The translations under genes and the position numbers were made by a program. Of a stretch of DNA of 35,139 nt, positions 33,201-35,139 are shown in pieces (positions within the stretch are counted from its first letter, which is position 1; each line of letters begins with the position of its first letter). This stretch comes from Campylobacteraceae bacterium (GTDB lineage: Bacteria; Campylobacterota; Campylobacteria; Campylobacterales; Campylobacteraceae), in the NCBI GenBank assembly GCA_031276365.1, contig JAISNG010000110.1, forward strand, positions 1 to 35,139. Direction: 5' to 3'. Below the pieces are notes generated by a model that was not told the origin of the DNA, did no database searches, and saw only the letters and a program-made list of their open reading frames with translations.

Positions 33201-33900
33201 GCATCTCATCCCACACTCTGCCGTCAAGCATCTTCCCTGCGGCTTTTTTGTTAAATCCTCCCCACTGCTTGAAAAAGAAAGGGATTGCTTGAGAGACACA
33301 TTTATCTCTTATATTTCTCACCCACTCTTGTTTGACGGCTCTTGCCCCTGCGCCGCTTTCTCCACCGACTATTACCCAGTCTATACTCTCAAGCGGCAGA
33401 TTTGGTATATCTGACAGTAAAGGCTCTATTGATAAAAATTTTATCTTTGATGGGACTTTTGCCAAGTCGTCTATCCTGTAAGTATGTTTTTGCGACTCTA
33501 CCGTTACGCCCATCCATATATTATCGCTCCATGTAAGTTTTAGTGATAACTTCGTCAGCCTTTCGGAGCGTTTGGTCAAGACTTGAAATATATGTCTCTC
33601 TGCCTTGTTCATGACTTCAAATACCTTGGTGATATGCTCATCAGATACGCTGTCATGAAATATATCGCTCATGCTGCATACGAAAATGATTTGAGGTTTT
33701 TTCCATTTCAGCGGTTCGTCCAAAACATCAGGGTGAAACATCACATTAAAGCCGTTTTTATATCGCGGATTGCCCATAGCCTGAAGTCTTTTAGCCATCT
33801 TTTCGGCATAGCAATTTACACAGCCTGTACTTATCTTACTGCAGCCTGTTATTGGATTCCAACTGCTCCCAGTCCATTCTATGTGTGATTTGAGCGCCAT
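33184..33900 (-). CDS. DUF5131 / phage Gp37-Gp68 family protein (three-Cys-motif protein)
   Basis: 238 aa. IEWTGSSWNPITGCSKISTGCVNCYAE, then VIVGGESG and FFFKQWGG, are the hallmarks of PF07505. Confidence 0.8.
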   Translation of the reverse strand: MALKSHIEWTGSSWNPITGCSKISTGCVNCYAEKMAKRLQAMGNPRYKNGFNVMFHPDVLDEPLKWKKPQIIFVCSMSDIFHDSVSDEHITKVFEVMNKAERHIFQVLTKRSERLTKLSLKLTWSDNIWMGVTVESQKHTYRIDDLAKVPSKIKFLSIEPLLSDIPNLPLESIDWVIVGGESGAGARAVKQEWVRNIRDKCVSQAIPFFFKQWGGFNKKAAGKMLDGRVWDEMPIALQ

Positions 33901-33976
33901 CTAACTCTCCATTTTATAATAATTTTATCTATCTCAAGCTTAATTTTCAATCTAAACATTCTGTTCCCCTTCTCCT

Positions 33977-33990
33977 ATTATAGCACAAAA
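33977..33990 (-). promoter_or_regulatory. Promoter of the DUF5131 gene (TTTTGTGCTATAAT, extended -10)
   Basis: This 14-mer is identical to 5077-5090. It lies about 77 nt upstream of the ATG at 33900. Confidence 0.5.
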
Positions 33991-33995
33991 AATAT

Positions 33996-34052
33996 AAATG
34001 ATAATATTATTCCCTAATTAAGCTATGTTTAAAGAGAATAATATTATCATTT
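33996..34052. repeat. Perfect 17-bp inverted repeat (AAATGATAATATTATTC / GAATAATATTATCATTT) with a 23-nt spacer
   Basis: Arms at 33996-34012 and 34036-34052. They lie between divergent promoters: a minus-strand -10 at 33977-33985 and a plus-strand TATAAT at 34053-34058. Confidence 0.75.
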
Positions 34053-34076
34053 TATAATAAATCAAAGGAGACACCC

Positions 34077-34217
34077 GTGACCACTTACACAAAAATGCTT
34101 GTCGGCAATCGCGCTGACTACAGCGTAAAATGGTTTCAAATCATCAAAGGCGGTTATATCGCATATTGGGACGGCAAAAAGTGGGTCGTCGTAGATGTCG
34201 CAAGGCGGACAAAATGA
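34077..34217 (+). CDS. Small hypothetical protein (46 aa)
   Basis: GTG start 6 nt after AAAGGAG. Sequence MTTYTKMLVGNRADYSVKWFQIIKGGYIAYWDGKKWVVVDVARRTK. ATGA overlap with the next ORF. Confidence 0.45.
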   Translation: MTTYTKMLVGNRADYSVKWFQIIKGGYIAYWDGKKWVVVDVARRTK

Positions 34218-34444
34218 CAACCGAAACCTTTTTGCAGGCGCAAAAGATAAAAAGCGACATAGATGAGATAAACATAAACCTTAACTCTCTTGAATATTTT
34301 TCAATTGAGGTTTGTTTTGGTGGAGATGGTGAACAAGTAGCAATCCCCCTTGAACCATACGAAAAAGTTGAAATCGTCAAACTTACCAAAAAGCTCTTAA
34401 CCGAACGATTAAATCGGCTAAATAAGATTTTCAAAGAGTTGTAA
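34214..34444 (+). CDS. Small hypothetical protein (76 aa, coiled-coil ends)
   Basis: Start taken at MTTETFLQAQ (ATGA coupling). The longer ORF-track start at 34130 gives an Arg-rich out-of-context N-terminus that overlaps the 46-aa ORF. Confidence 0.5.
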   Translation: MTTETFLQAQKIKSDIDEININLNSLEYFSIEVCFGGDGEQVAIPLEPYEKVEIVKLTKKLLTERLNRLNKIFKEL

Positions 34445-34641
34445 TCTTTTAACGTCTGCATTCATTGCGGACGTTAAAGGGTTTACCCTTAAATAGCCAT
34501 GAAATTGATTGGCGCGGGATTTAGCGGTTTGACCATACAAAACCGTTTGGTTTTAGCGTTGATAGCATAACAGCGGTAGAAAAATTTATGCTTAATTTCC
34601 ATTATTATAGATTATAATATCATATAAAAATCGGAGTAAAT

Positions 34642-34863
34642 ATGAGTGAAAACATAGTCAAACAGACATGCAAAGAGTTGGGGATAACGCAAAAAGAGCT
34701 GGCGGAAATGTTGGATATACCGCAGCCAACACTTGCAAGATGGCAGGCAGGAGATATTACCAAGATGGCACAAAAAGCGTTAGAGTTGTTGCTTGAAAAC
34801 AAGCAATTAAAAGCTAAGTTGCAAAAAATCAAAGAAGCACAAAATATACTCAACAACTTATAA
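34642..34863 (+). CDS. XRE-family helix-turn-helix regulator
   Basis: 73 aa. The HTH is CKELGITQKELAEMLDIPQPTLARWQAG. TATAAT and GGAG lie upstream. Confidence 0.7.
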   Translation: MSENIVKQTCKELGITQKELAEMLDIPQPTLARWQAGDITKMAQKALELLLENKQLKAKLQKIKEAQNILNNL

Positions 34864-34866
34864 AAC

Positions 34867-34882
34867 TATTCACTCCTGAATA
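34867..34882. promoter_or_regulatory. Operator-like palindrome TATTCA-N4-TGAATA (site 1)
   Basis: Seen directly, 4 nt after the stop of the HTH gene. Confidence 0.45.
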
Positions 34883-34957
34883 TTTTTTATAAATTTTTAT
34901 TCAATAACGAACAAAAACCCTTGATAAACATTCAAAAATAATATAATATTCCAATTA

Positions 34958-34977
34958 AATATTCATTACTGAATATT
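34958..34977. promoter_or_regulatory. Operator-like palindrome AATATTCA-N4-TGAATATT (site 2)
   Basis: Seen directly. It lies between a TTGATA (34921) / TAATAT or TATAAT promoter and the RBS of the next gene. A further TATTCAC half-site follows. Confidence 0.45.
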
Positions 34978-34999
34978 ATTCACTTTTAGGAGTATTACA

Positions 35000-35139
35000 A
35001 TGAACCTAAACGCGCAAGAACTTGACAAATTAGACGATGCCATATCGCAGATTAAAGCGATAGCTCATCTATATGAGTGCGTATTCACATATGCCGATAC
35101 GGTAGGAACGAACACAAGGCAGGATTTGGAAACTGGATA
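35000..35139 (+). CDS. Hypothetical protein, 5' part only (runs off the window)
   Basis: ATG 7 nt after TAGGAG. The frame is open to the window end (MNLNAQELDKLDDAISQIKAIAHLYECVFTYADTVGTNTRQDLETG...). Confidence 0.5.
   Translation, partial: MNLNAQELDKLDDAISQIKAIAHLYECVFTYADTVGTNTRQDLETG

Larger units (their letters stand above)
289..35139. mobile_element. Prophage / temperate phage genome segment (lambda-like packaging and head, P2-like contractile tail, lysis, replication, immunity); integrase and both ends not identified
   Basis: Near-continuous run of recognisable phage structural, lysis, replication and immunity genes with overlapping or coupled starts. The left limit is arbitrary (after the HTH gene) and the right limit runs off the window. 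Confidence 0.9.

Noticed and set aside
34447-34478. Hairpin TTAACGTC...GACGTTAA after the 76-aa ORF, considered as a terminator
   Set aside because: No T-tract follows. It may be structural or regulatory, but the evidence is insufficient to call it a terminator.
1-35139. CRISPR arrays, tRNA/rRNA genes, integrase/transposase genes and att core repeats
   Set aside because: I searched by eye for regularly spaced repeats, cloverleaf-compatible sequences and recombinase motifs and found none. The GC-rich block at 29341-29492 does not fold as a tRNA (no T-arm-like GTTCGAATC and no acceptor pairing). The integrase is presumably outside the window.

Overview
The window is almost entirely a temperate tailed-phage genome (a prophage or part of one) in an AT-rich host. 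Promoter style (T-rich -16 region plus TGnTAtAAT, no clear -35) suggests a Campylobacter-like host, but that is only a guess. Most genes lie on the minus strand and form one long leftward array. Reading right to left: a Cro-like gene, small early ORFs, a GC-rich structured intergenic element, a DnaB-type helicase, a displaced lambda gpZ-like gene and a candidate cos region. Next come the lambda-like Nu1/gpA terminase, gpW, a lambda-family portal, a fused HK97 protease-scaffold-capsid gene, connector genes and a lysis cassette (GH24 endolysin, i-spanin, o-spanin lipoprotein, holin-like). The array ends with a complete P2-like contractile tail: V, W, J, I, two paralogous fibre genes each followed by a small gene, DUF1353, sheath, tube, E/E+E' with a -1 frameshift site, tape measure, U, X and D. 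The plus strand carries the lysogeny side: a CI-like HTH-S24 repressor and cargo genes. Four visibly AT-richer insertions look like accessory cargo. (1) Downstream of the repressor: a membrane protein, a TcmP-like protein and a convergent 3-Cys DUF5131 (Gp37/Gp68) gene. This is a conserved pair with no function established that I know of, and it is my top candidate for an undescribed modification or exclusion system. (2) A Panacea-domain (DUF4065, PanA/SocA-like) antitoxin gene coupled to an unrecognised 143-aa putative toxin, inserted antisense between the terminase and gpW genes, next to a small ribbon-helix-helix (RHH) gene. (3) A probably leaderless 60-aa two-TM ORF antisense between E' and the tape measure gene. 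(4) A beta-helix protein gene beyond gpD. Several repeated promoter or operator-like motifs and perfect palindromes are also reported. I recognised no integrase, att site, tRNA, rRNA or CRISPR array. All family assignments come from reading motifs by eye, not from searches.
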